Assembly (NCBI GenBank): GCA_002269645.1
Contig: NIVC01004510.1
Span: 1-43,632 of the forward strand
Length of the DNA stretch: 43,632 nt
Direction: 5' to 3'
Source: Macrostomum lignano
Lineage: Eukaryota
How positions within the stretch are numbered: the first letter of the stretch is position 1; each line of letters begins with the position of its first letter. The notes under the pieces are model-generated. The model searched no databases, was not told the origin of the DNA, and saw only the letters and a program-made list of their open reading frames with translations. Of the stretch, positions 10,595 through 20,971 are shown piece after piece. The translations under genes were made by a program, and so were the position numbers.

Positions 10595-11437
10595 TTTCTA
10601 ATTAAACTGAAATATTGTCTGTACATACCGTGTCCTTTATTACTTAAAGTTCTAAAATTCTAAAAACAACTAACCGTGTAGAGGTTAACTTCTAGGTCTG
10701 CGTCTTATTTTTATTGTTTAATAATAATTCTCTTATCAGGCTAATAACAATATTTTCGATCTTCCTGTGAAATTTTTGTTTTTCTTTTTAAATGTTCAAA
10801 AGAGACTATCTCTAAGAAATAGATGACATTTGATCGATTTGTACATAATTGAAAACTGCAAATGCCGATTGTAATGATTGTAGTAAATAGGCCTTTTAAG
10901 ACTTTGTACTTGCTCACTACACTGGTGCTAGTATTTTTCCTCATTTACGCGTAGGCCTACACTGATTTTGGGTGATTAAATAGTTCACTAGGTGGCACAG
11001 CTTCCTGACTGACTTCATTTTGGTATAGCGGATTCAAGAATCAAAATAACTTGTGCGAATGCATATTAAGGCTTAGGTTTCCATTACAGCATGCCATAAG
11101 GCACAAGCAAGCCTTTTAAAAAATGAAGTTTTTTGTATATCATGTACATTGTCAGGCCCTTATACAATGTCAATGTCAATAGACGTCACATGAAAAGGAA
11201 AGCGAAAAAATGTGTAGCTAGACAGAAGTCTGTTGATACTATTTTGTGTATATATTTTTAACATCTACTTATCAGGCAAATCTAGTTAGTAGTTGCCAGT
11301 GGTGTAACAGAAAATTTGTTGTCATTAAATTAAGAAAATATGCCAGTTTAACATAATAGATCCCATATTGCTTCTATTAGGTAAATAAAAAGTTTTTTAG
11401 AAAATTTAATATATTGTTATATGAATACTTTATTTAA

Positions 11438-12801
11438 GGCCTGTTCACACTGCCATCAAAGGAGGCCAATTTTCAATTGATTACACAAAATTTGATTTGA
11501 TGATTAATGAATCCTTGACAATCACTTCAGTTTTTCATGCCATTAGACCTATTCATCAATTGACTTTATGAGTGATTACAAGCATTCACACTGCAATCAA
11601 CTAACAGATACTAAGGAGAATGACTAGGCTAGGGTTTAAAAGAAGGTGATGCAAGTTTTCTTATTGATTGCACAAGCAATATTGTGCGTATATATCTGAA
11701 ACTAAGCCTAAATTTTGTGTATATATTTTCAATAGATTTTAGAAAACTATTTTGTGCTCTGAATTCAATACCAATGTATAGTCTATATTAAAGTATAAAG
11801 GCTAGCACTCTTATTGACATAACTGGCTTAAGCTAATAAAAACCAAGCATAGTACAATTTTCTAATTGTCTTTTTTCCTAGTATTTAATTGTCAAGGTGC
11901 TGAAGGTTATATAAAATGAGATTTTCTTGCACCTTGTTACCAGGGGTTCTAGTGGCAATTAATAAGCATACTGTTTTTTCATGCTTGCTCATTTCACTTG
12001 TCATAAGTTGGCAAACTTTTTATCTTAAGGGCCAGATAGAGAACTTAGAGCATGACTACAGTCCTAGAGATGAGGGAATAGAAAAGGAGATATAGGAAAG
12101 GAAAGGTAAGGGAATAATAGAGCACAGAGAAGATGAGAGGAAAAAAGAGATAAATTAGGTAGAGAGTAGAAAAGAGGAGAGAGAGAAGAGGAAAAAGAGA
12201 GGAAAGGAGAGAGAAAATATGAGAAAAGAAAAAAGAGGAGAGAAAAGATGAGAGTGTTGTGGCACTGATGATTAATAGTGCATTTTATTAATTGTAAAAT
12301 ATTCCTATAGATATGCAAAGGGATTTGTGCATTACAGGTATAAGCTTGAAGCCAGTGAATGCTAGGAAAAATTTACAAGCACATAAAAGAGCTAAGAGCT
12401 CATTTTGAATTAAGAACTTGTAGTAATTTGTGTCTTATAACTTCAATCTAATTCATCAAAAAAGTGGAGAACACAATAGAGGAGAAGAGAAAAGAGAAAA
12501 GTGCTAAAAAAAGACAAACATTGAGTGGGCCAGATGACTATTGTAGAGTTTCTAAGGACCAAATGGAGAGTTGTTGAAATAGAGTGGCTTGAGTTGAGTT
12601 TTGTGTGTTGTGCAACTTGGGGTACTATGTAAGAGGCAAGCAACCAATGTATAGCATTTTAGTTGATCAACTAGCCCTTGCATTATTAGCTTTTGTCACT
12701 AAATTTGAGATTTCAAGCAATTAGGAAAAAATTAAAAAATAATATCTGGTTAAACAAGTCATATGATTTGGTCCCTCATTTGATTGCAGTGTGCATAAGC
12801 C
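11438..12801. mobile_element. Possible decayed PIF/Harbinger-like non-autonomous element
   Basis: Inverted ends GGCCTGTTCACACTGCCATCA / GGCTTATGCACACTGCAATCA (17/21); TAA precedes the left end but no matching TSD on the right. Confidence 0.35.
12002..12560. mobile_element. Old copy of the hAT MITE seen at 1457-1892
   Basis: Left end GTTGGCAAACTTTTT..AAGGGCCAGAT, internal GA tract, and 12523-12560 aligns (~27/38) to 1789-1826; right TIR not recognisable. Confidence 0.6.
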
Positions 12802-13170
12802 TTTAGATATTATAAACTGGAACACCAAAAAGCAATCTAGGGTACTGAAATACTAAGCACCAAAAACATGGGTGCCAAAAGCATAGAAACTAATATTACT
12901 TATACTACCCCTTAGGTTGAGTCTAGGTGATACACTGTCACTTTCTCTGCCACTTTTTTGTATGCTAGCAGATAAAATGACTTTAAAAATAAGAAGTAAA
13001 ACTAGCCAAGGAGCTTGTTACCTTAATTCCATCAATTGGTTATTCTATACAAAAAAAATTTATATGGCAATCTTTATCATAAAAATTTTAATTGTAGCAT
13101 TTTTTCTCGATTTCTTATTTAGATTTTGATTTCAATATCTCCTAAGCATCCTCCAATAGCAAAAAATCGT

Positions 13171-13325
13171 AGCAATTTCCCCAGTAAGCCTTGACATCTC
13201 AATAATTCTCCCAGTTAGCCTTGACAACTCAGTAATTCCTCCAATTAGTCTTGACAACTCAGCAACTCCACTAAACCTTGACATCTAAGGAATTCCCCTA
13301 GTAAATCTTGACATCTCAGCAATTC
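13171..13325 (+). repeat. ~30-bp minisatellite (GCAATTCCCCCAGTAAGCCTTGACATCTCA), ~5 units, fading into degenerate copies to ~13900
   Basis: Repeated CTTGACA(T/A)CTCAG.AATT; a related array lies at 25827-25924. Confidence 0.8.
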
Positions 13326-15716
13326 TTAAGATATCCTACAACAACCTGAAATTATTCCTTCTAATCCTACAAAACAGACTACAGTCATACTCTTAGCAGC
13401 CTATAGTCTACAACTTTTTAAAACTTTTAATGTTTATTAAGCATTTATCCTTTTAGTAGCCTAAAACTCCCCCCTTTAGCAAACCACAATAATTCACTAG
13501 GCAGTAACAGTAAGCAGTAATCCCCTTAACAACCTCTACTTAATCTTCCACAGTTTTTACCCACTCAAAACTTAATAGTTAGTTATCCTTTTCAGAAGTC
13601 TGCCATCATCCTCCAAGCAGTCTGCAGTTATCCCCCTTAGCAATTTGCAGCTATACACTTATAAGTCCAGAGGAATTACCTTAGTAGTTTGTCATTTGTC
13701 CCCTTTGCAGTCTGCAATGATCCCTTTAACAATCTTTGATTCTCCTCAGTAGCCTGTAGTCATTCTATTTGTATATTACAACTATTCCTTTAACAATTCT
13801 TATTTATCCCTTCAGCAGTCTGTAGTTCTCCTCTTGGCTAGCACTTCAGTCTCCTTAGCAAATTGAAATGATCCTTTCAATAATCAATTTTTTTAGCATT
13901 TAGTATAGCTCACTAATAAATTTTTGATACTCTGTACAACTTAAAATTTAGCAATATACTCAATATCAGTTTAAAATATATTTTTGCAGCATTGTCTGTA
14001 ATTTAGTAATTTCATACTTTCATGGAGCTAGGCAATACCTATTGATGGAATCAGTAATACTTGAGGCAGTTTTTTACAAATCAAATTTGCCTAGTAGACT
14101 TATGCCAAATAGCAAAAATAATATTTTTTCAAGTGTACCTTGCTAAAATAAAAAAATGTCCTAATTTTTCATTGCACAAGCTACAAATGAATGAATAAAT
14201 TCAATTTTAATTGTCCCTTGGCAGGTAAACTCAAACTTGGGACCTTACACATAGTCTAAACCTAGTGATAATACCTATAGTATAGACAATTCCACCTATT
14301 GATAATAGGGCAAGAAAATCAGCCATATTGCTTTGCCACTGCAGTCAAATACATAACAATGATAGGTTACTCAGTGTGCACAGGTTGTGTGTAGGCAGAG
14401 CCTAAGTGCAGTTGAATGAGCTATATTAATAGCTATTTTATATGTATTTTGCTAGTTAGCCAGGGTCAGAATACACATACACAGCCACAATTGAGGCCTA
14501 CACAGTGGAGAGAGAAAAGTTGTAGCATTTTTATAAAGCATTTGAAATGGAAAATTTGCTTGACCTCTGCAAAAAGACATTTTTTTGAATATTTCACCAT
14601 TTTTTATTCAAATTCTTCAATGCAATAAGATCTATACAATTTCACAAGAATTTTCATTTGAAGAAAGCAACTTTACAAAAATTCTGTTTAGGCATTCAGG
14701 AATTGAAATGAAAAATATATATGTAATCTCATGCTGCTATTGGCAATATACATTCTAGGTGATCTATAATAATTGAAATCATTCAGCATAACAAGAGAGA
14801 AAAGAGAAATTAAAATGCACCTACTGTGTATTCATTGGTGGAGCATGCTGAGCTGATGCAATCTTTTTTTCACTGGCAGTCAGAGTGCATTTCAAACATC
14901 AAGCCAAAACTTTTCTATACCTGAGCATAGAAATTCCATGAACAAGCAGCAGTTTTTTTACAAATTAAACATACTTACAAATTTCCAATTTGCTAGCAAA
15001 ATGAGCTGCATGATGCTGGCAAAATTTGCCATTTAGCAGTGCAAAGCCTTAACAAAAATGGTTGGATAGTTCACTCTAAAATGTGAAATATACATAGATA
15101 GAAAGTTATTAGGCAGTTTCTTATTAGTTGACCTTTGAGATGTCATTTTTATATAAAAATTTGCTTATCATAGTATTTCAAAGATCTATGTTCAGATAAT
15201 AGCAAATAAGAGTAACAGTCTCTATTTTATTAACTTAGAATATATAACCAACTATTGTTAAAAAGAGAAAGAAAGAGAAAGAGAAATGAATCAAAGAGAA
15301 TATCAAAGAGAAAGATATGAATTATTTCATTATAAGACTCTGTTATAGACTGTTCCCTAACCATAAAAGATTTTGAAAGACTTTCTAGAAAAGCCATTAT
15401 TGTGATTTGATTAATGGTATATTTCTTGTACTTTAAGTATTGATATATCAGATAGGTATCTTAATAATTTAGGCATGCATAGACTTAATAAGTCAATTTT
15501 CAGTCATTCAATCAAATCAATAAATCAAAAATGAAATCAGTCCAGCTAAATGTCCACTCGCAGTTGAAAAGTTGCAGGTCACAGGTGATGCTTGCATGAA
15601 ATGTTAAATTGTATACTACCTAAGGTATATGCTTTGTTATACTAGAGCCTATTTTACATGTCTGGTAGGGGCATCAGGTTTGTATCTAGGCCCTTAAATC
15701 TTATTTTTACTCTTCC

Positions 15717-16043
15717 ATGGCCTAGTGGTCTAGCGCGGTGCTCTCATGTGCCAGTGGTCCAATTTGGGGCTGAATTGGAATCTCGGCTTGGCTCTGCTCG
15801 TGCAATTAACGGCCTTGAGGGCCAACCCCCAAGACACAGTGAAATGTACATGCCTAACGATAAATAAAGTTAAGGGCCGCTGTACACTCCTGTGTGAGTG
15901 TGTGCCTGTGCGTATGACTGCGTACGTACGTATCCGCGCGCTTGTGTGCCTGCTCAGGGGAGTCAGCGGAATAATGGGCAGTAATGCCTCTCGTCGGTTG
16001 TGTGACAATGTCGCTTAAAGTGCGCCAGCGTGTCCACAGCCCC
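15717..16043 (+). mobile_element. tRNA-derived SINE, family B, + strand copy
   Basis: A box TGGCCTAGTGG at 15718; body is the reverse complement of 16660-16975. Confidence 0.8.
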
Positions 16044-16413
16044 TGCCTATAGATTTAGATTTTTTATAAAATAATAAATCTGTACCATTCTAGTAACGGA
16101 ACGCGGCATGGTCATTGTCATTGTAGCTGCTTTCACAACCTCACATTGCATTTAGCGATGCCAATAAAAATGGAAAATGCTACTAAAAAAAGAGGAGAGA
16201 CCAAACAGATTTTTTTCGCTTTTTTTCTTTGCGTGAAAATTGCTGCCCGGAGTTGCTGGCTCTGTCCGCTGTGTGTATTGCGCTGCACAGTTGACTGCAG
16301 GGACACGGATCTGCGCAGCTGGTCTAGGATTTCTTAAGGCCACCAGACTTTGTCTTAATGCCGCTAGCTGCATAAACAGATTCTTTCTTGGGAATGCTTT
16401 GGGAGACAAGCCA

Positions 16414-16418
16414 ATGGA
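16414..16418 (+). CDS. CYB561: Candidate first coding micro-segment (ATG GA) of cytochrome b561
   Basis: Perfect GTAAGT donor at 16419; ATG GA + A at 17098 gives in-frame METRIKSMAGDNS. Confidence 0.5.
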
Positions 16419-16659
16419 GTAAGTTCAGTGCAGGCGAAGGTTAGCTAGATAAGGTAGCTGCCTGCTGTTTCTGTTGTGTACTTGTTTGGCTTTCCAGCGT
16501 CTAGCTAAGGTCAAGTAGCCCGGCCTATCTGCGGTTTAACTACCAAAAATCATGTGCTTTTGGATAATTGCATCAGTGCAGGTGAAAAATAATCTAGCAA
16601 AACGTGTCACTCGTAACAAGGTGACTGACAGTAGCTGTTAATTAATATTATTATAGGAC

Positions 16660-16975
16660 GGGCTGTGTGCACCCTGGCGCACTTTTAGCGACTGTCAACC
16701 GGCGAGAGGCATTACTGCCCATTCTTCCGTCGACTCCCCCTGAGCAGGCACACAAGCGCGCGGATACGTAGGCAGTCATATACACACATGCACACACTCA
16801 CACAGGAGTGTACAGCGGCCCTTAACTTTATATATCGTTAGGCATGTACACTTCACTGTGCCTTGGGGGTTGGCCCTCAAAGTTCCAGTTTAGCCCCAAA
16901 TTAATGTGGCTGCACTTGGAATCGAGCCTGGGCCGCTGGCATATAAGAGCGCCGCGATAGATCACTGGGCTACGG
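16660..16975 (-). mobile_element. tRNA-derived SINE, family B, - strand copy (in putative CYB561 intron 1)
   Basis: A box TAGCCCAGTGA (16972-16962), B box GGCTCGATTCC (16928-16918), AAT-rich tail. Confidence 0.8.
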
Positions 16976-17097
16976 CCCCTCGACATTAGTAAAGTTAATA
17001 TCTGCACCAATAGAAATTCCTGTGAGCTGCACCATGTGTATTACTGCTAATGTTTAAATGTTGATTATTGTATCATGTTGCATTTATGCCCAATTAG

Positions 17098-17592
17098 AAC
17101 GCGCATCAAATCAATGGCTGGTGACAATTCTTTAAAGTCCTTCACTGTGTGGGTCCTAGTAGCTCTGACCACCGGCGCTAGCGCGGTTGTCATGACAACA
17201 GTATGGCTAACTAAGTACCTTGGCGGATTCGACTGGAACAATGAAAAAGTGTTCAACTACCATCCGCTGTTCATGGTCATCGGTATGGTGTTTTTGTACG
17301 CCAATTCCGCATTGGTTTATCGCGTCTTTCGCAACAGTCGCAAGCCTTTATTGAAGAGTGTGCACGGAATCCTGCATATCCTGGCACTCGTGTTCAGCAT
17401 AGTAGGCCTAGTTGCTGTGTTTAAGTTTCACAACCTGCCTACCCACAATATACCCAATATGTACAGTCTGCACTCTTGGATCGGCCTAGCGGTTGTCATC
17501 CTGTTCTGCATGCAATGGGTCATCGCTTTTGTCGCGTTCGTATTCCCGACATTGTCGGATTCTCTGCGGGCCTCTTATCTCAGTATGCATCG
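17098..17592 (+). CDS. CYB561: Cytochrome b561 family (CYB561/Dcytb-like) main exon; alternative start ATG at 17114
   Basis: FNYHPLFM and SLHSW motifs, four candidate heme-ligating His (YHP, VHG, LHS, MHR), hydrophobic TM segments; ATTAG acceptor, CG|GTATGT donor. Confidence 0.93.
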
Positions 17593-17619
17593 GTATGTTC
17601 ATGCCATTTATTACTTATG

Positions 17620-19079
17620 TCTAGTGCTACTCCCTGACCATCTACCAATGCTTATCTACCAGTGACACTCCACCTGTGCTTATATACCAGTGCCACTCCA
17701 ATGCTTATCTACCAGTGCCACTCCACCTGTGCTTATTTACCAGTGCCACTCCAATGCTTATCTACCAGTGCCACTCAACCAATGCTTATCTACCAATGCC
17801 ACTCTACCAATGCTTATTTACCAGTGCCACTCCAATGCTTATCTACCAGTGCCACTCCACCAATGCTTATCTACCAGTGCCACTCCACCAATGCCCATCT
17901 CCCAGTGCCACTCAAGCAACGCTTATCTACCAGTGCCACTCCAATGCTTTTCTACCAGTGCCACTCCAATGCTTTTCTACCAGTGCCACTCCAATGCTTT
18001 TCTACCAGTGCCACTCCACCAATGCTTATCTACCAGTGCCACTCCACCGTTGCTTATCTACCAGTGCCACTCCAATGCTTTTCTACCAGTGCCACTCCAC
18101 CAATGCTTATCTACCAGTGCCACTCCAATGCTTTTCTACCAGTGCCACTCCACCAATGCTTATCTACCAGTGCCACTCCAATGCTTTTCTACCAGTGCCA
18201 CTCCACCAATGCTTATCTACCAGTGCCATTCCAATGCTTTTCTACCAGTGCCACTCCACCAATGCTTATCTACCAGTGCCACTCCACCAATGCCCATCTC
18301 CCAGTGCCACTCAAGCAACGCTTATCTACCAATGCCACTCCAATGCTTTTCTACCAGTGCCACTCCACCAATGCTTATCTACCAGTGCCACTCCAATGCT
18401 TTTCTACCAGTGCCACTCCACCAATGCTTATCTACCAGTGCCATTCCAATGCTTTTCTACCAGTGCCACTCCACCAATGCTTATCTACCAGTGCCACTCC
18501 ACCAATGCCCATCTCCCAGTGCCACTCAAGCAACGCTTATCTACCAATGCCACTCCAATGCTTTTCTACCAGTGCCACTCCACCAATGCTTATCTACCAG
18601 TGCCACTCCACCGTTGCTTATCTACCAGTGCCACTCCAATGCTTTTCTACCAGTGCCACTCCACCAATGCTTATCTACCAGTGCCACTCCAATGCTTTTC
18701 TACCAGTGCCACTCCACCAATGCTTATCTACCAGTGCCACTCCAATGCTTTTCTACCAGTGCCACTCCACCAATGCTTATCTACCAGTGCCACTCCAATG
18801 CTTTTCTACCAGTGCCACTCCACCAATGCTTATCTACCAGTGCCACTCCACCAATGCCCATCTCCCAGTGCCACTCAAGCAACGCTTATCTACCAATGCC
18901 ACTCCAATGCTTTTCTACCAGTGCCACTCCACCAATGCTTATCTACCAGTGCCACTCCACCGTTGCTTATCTACCAGTGCCACTCCAATGCTTTTCTACC
19001 AGTGCCACTCCACCAATGCTTATCTACCAGTGCCACTCCACCAATGCCCATCTCCCAGTGCCACTCAAGCAACGCTAAC
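17620..19079 (+). repeat. Intronic minisatellite of mixed 28/25-nt units (CTACCAGTGCCACTCCACCAATGCTTAT / CTACCAGTGCCACTCCAATGCTTTT), roughly 50-55 units
   Basis: Fills ~96% of intron 17593-19111; several recurrent unit variants. Confidence 0.97.
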
Positions 19080-19111
19080 TTGTCATTTCCCCACGCCCAA
19101 TAACCCCGCAG

Positions 19112-19358
19112 GTTCTGGGGCGCCGGCATATTTGTTGGCTCCGTGGCCAGCTGCCTGCTAGGCCTAACAGAGAAGAATTTCTTCGCTGGCAACTATGCCA
19201 AGCTGCCTGACGCTGCCAAGCTGTCGAATTGCCTTGGCCTGGTGCTCAGCGCCTACGCAATTTTAATTGTCTACATTCTGGGCCGCGAGGATTTCCGCCG
19301 CTTGGAGTCGGCCACCACGCCCGAGCGGGTGGAGCTTCGTCAAGGCGGAGACAAATAG
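19112..19358 (+). CDS. CYB561: Cytochrome b561 last exon (FWGAGIFVGSVASCLLGLTEK...LGLVLSAYAILIVYIL...GDK*)
   Basis: CCCCGCAG acceptor; CG+G completes Arg of HRFWG; LLGLTEK is a b561 hallmark. The total is 241 aa from 17114 or 248 aa from 16414. Confidence 0.93.
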
Positions 19359-19900
19359 ACGCAGAGACAATATTGGGTTTATTCATTTTAGTTATTAGGC
19401 AGACAAAATTCTATAAGTATATTTCTTACCATCTAGTATAGCCTATTAGTGTTAAAAATGCATGGTAGATAGGATAGATCTAGTCTCAATATTATTGGCC
19501 TCTAATCATCTAGGCCTTCTGTTTAATCTGTATCCTATTGTAAATAATCTTTCTCTATGTTATAGTCAAATATAAGTATTAGTTAATGCTCTATAGTATA
19601 TCGTCTCATTTGATTAAGTCGTATATTAAAATATTGTTTATTTAATTAGCTACTTTATAACCTTTGCTTTCTCTTTAATATCTCCGGTGTTAGGTGCCTT
19701 AAGTAGTATGTTCGGTGCATGCTTGCTTCAATTCAATTGACCTTTTATCAGAACAGAAGTTTTCAGTGCATCTTCAACTATATGTATTTCTTGTGTTATC
19801 GGCAAAGTAATTTTAGGCGCTGCTTTTCATCCTATGGTTTTAGGCTGCTTGTGAATAAGTTTCTCTCGATCAATTATTTTCTACTTATTCTGTTTCATTC

Positions 19901-19906
19901 AATAAA
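19901..19906 (+). promoter_or_regulatory. Candidate polyadenylation signal AATAAA of CYB561
   Basis: AATAAA in an AT-rich 3' UTR, followed by a T-rich stretch. Confidence 0.5.
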
Positions 19907-19985
19907 GTTTGTCATTTTCTTTGAAACACGCTTCATGCTGCTGCCTTGGTTACGTATCTTTTGCTAGCATTGTATTGTAGCTTAT

Positions 19986-20452
19986 GGGATAGTGGCACCC
20001 AGCCCATGCACCAAAGTGCCTGCTGTGGGATAGTGGCACCCAGCCCATGCACCAAAGTTCCTGCTGTGGGATAGTGGCACCCAGCCCATGCACCAAAGTT
20101 CCTGCTGAGGGATAGTGGCACTCAGCCCATGCACCAAAGTGCCTGCTGTGGGATAGTGGCACCCAGCCCATGCACCAAAGTGCCTGCTGTGGGATAGTGG
20201 CACCCAGCCCATGCACCAAAGTTCCTGCTGTGGGATAGTGGCACTCAGCCCATGCACCAAAGTGCCTGCTGTGGGATAGTGGCACCCGCACCAAAGTGCC
20301 TGCTGTGGGATAGTGGCACCCAGCCCATGCACCAAAGTTCCTGCTGAGCGATAGTGGCACCCAGCCCGTGCACCAAAGTGCCTGCCGTGGGATAGTGGCA
20401 CCCAGCCCGTGCACCAAGTGCCTGCCGTGGGATAGTGCACAGTGGCACCCAG
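19986..20452 (+). repeat. 41-bp minisatellite (GGGATAGTGGCACCCAGCCCATGCACCAAAGTGCCTGCTGT), ~11 units
   Basis: Unit starts at 19986, 20027 and 20068; one internally deleted unit near 20285. Confidence 0.96.
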
Positions 20453-20609
20453 GTCACAAAGGTACATTTTACAAATATATGGTGCATTGCCACTCTTCTG
20501 CCAGGCATCAGGCTGGTGCGGCAATCCAATTCAGCTCCTGTCAGCCGGGCAAGAGCGCCAATTTGAGTAGCTGCAGTTGCCAGGGGCCTATAGTGACTCT
20601 CAATCTGGA

Positions 20610-20971
20610 ATGGCAACCGGAGGAGGAAGCATCGGCGGTTTCCATGACGACGATGATGAAGACGAATTCGCCTGCCTGCCCTGGCGTCGAATGTCGCCGC
20701 TAGTATTCGACGAGCTGCGCCAGCGAACTGGGATCGGCGTTGTCGGCTTCCCCGGCGACGCCAGCGAGGGTCAGGATCGTCGACGCGATGACGACGACGG
20801 CTACATCTGGGAAGACGACATCTTTGAGCAGCCCGCGTCGGCCGGTGCGGCGCTCTGTGCGGCTCCGTTCGACAGCCAATTGGATTACTATGACGACGGA
20901 GCGGCTGCAGAGGAGCAGACTGGCTGGCAGGGATTCGATAGGAATTCTGCTATGCGCTCGCTGCAAGAAGG
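20610..20971 (+). CDS. Acidic orphan coding exon (MATGGGSIGGFHDDDDEDEF...FDRNSAMRSLQE), possibly the 5' exon of the APC gene
   Basis: GC-rich codon usage like the other exons; upstream acceptor TCTTCTGCCAG (20504) and in-frame stop at 20568; GG|GTAAGC donor (phase 2). No family recognised. Confidence 0.7.

Larger units (their letters stand above)
11210..15558. other. AT-rich, CpG-depleted block of decayed repeats
   Basis: Only 3 CG dinucleotides counted by eye (11687, 13108, 13168); flanks of similar AT content contain many. Confidence 0.85.

Noticed and set aside
17662-19161. Three overlapping 462-499 aa ORFs (MLIYQCHS... repeats)
   Set aside because: Artefact: the repeat units lack stop codons in all three + frames, and unit lengths of 28 and 25 rotate the frame. 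The region is the CYB561 intron, and the frame matching the next exon stops at TAA 19101.
17620-20452. CRISPR-like appearance of palindromic 25-41 bp repeats (also 41010-41593 and 43117-43632)
   Set aside because: Units are head-to-tail without unique spacers, no cas genes are present, and the context is eukaryotic.
19933-20616. Several 60-180 aa ORFs with GCHYPTAGTLVHG repeats
   Set aside because: Translations of the 41-bp array; the unit length is not a multiple of 3.
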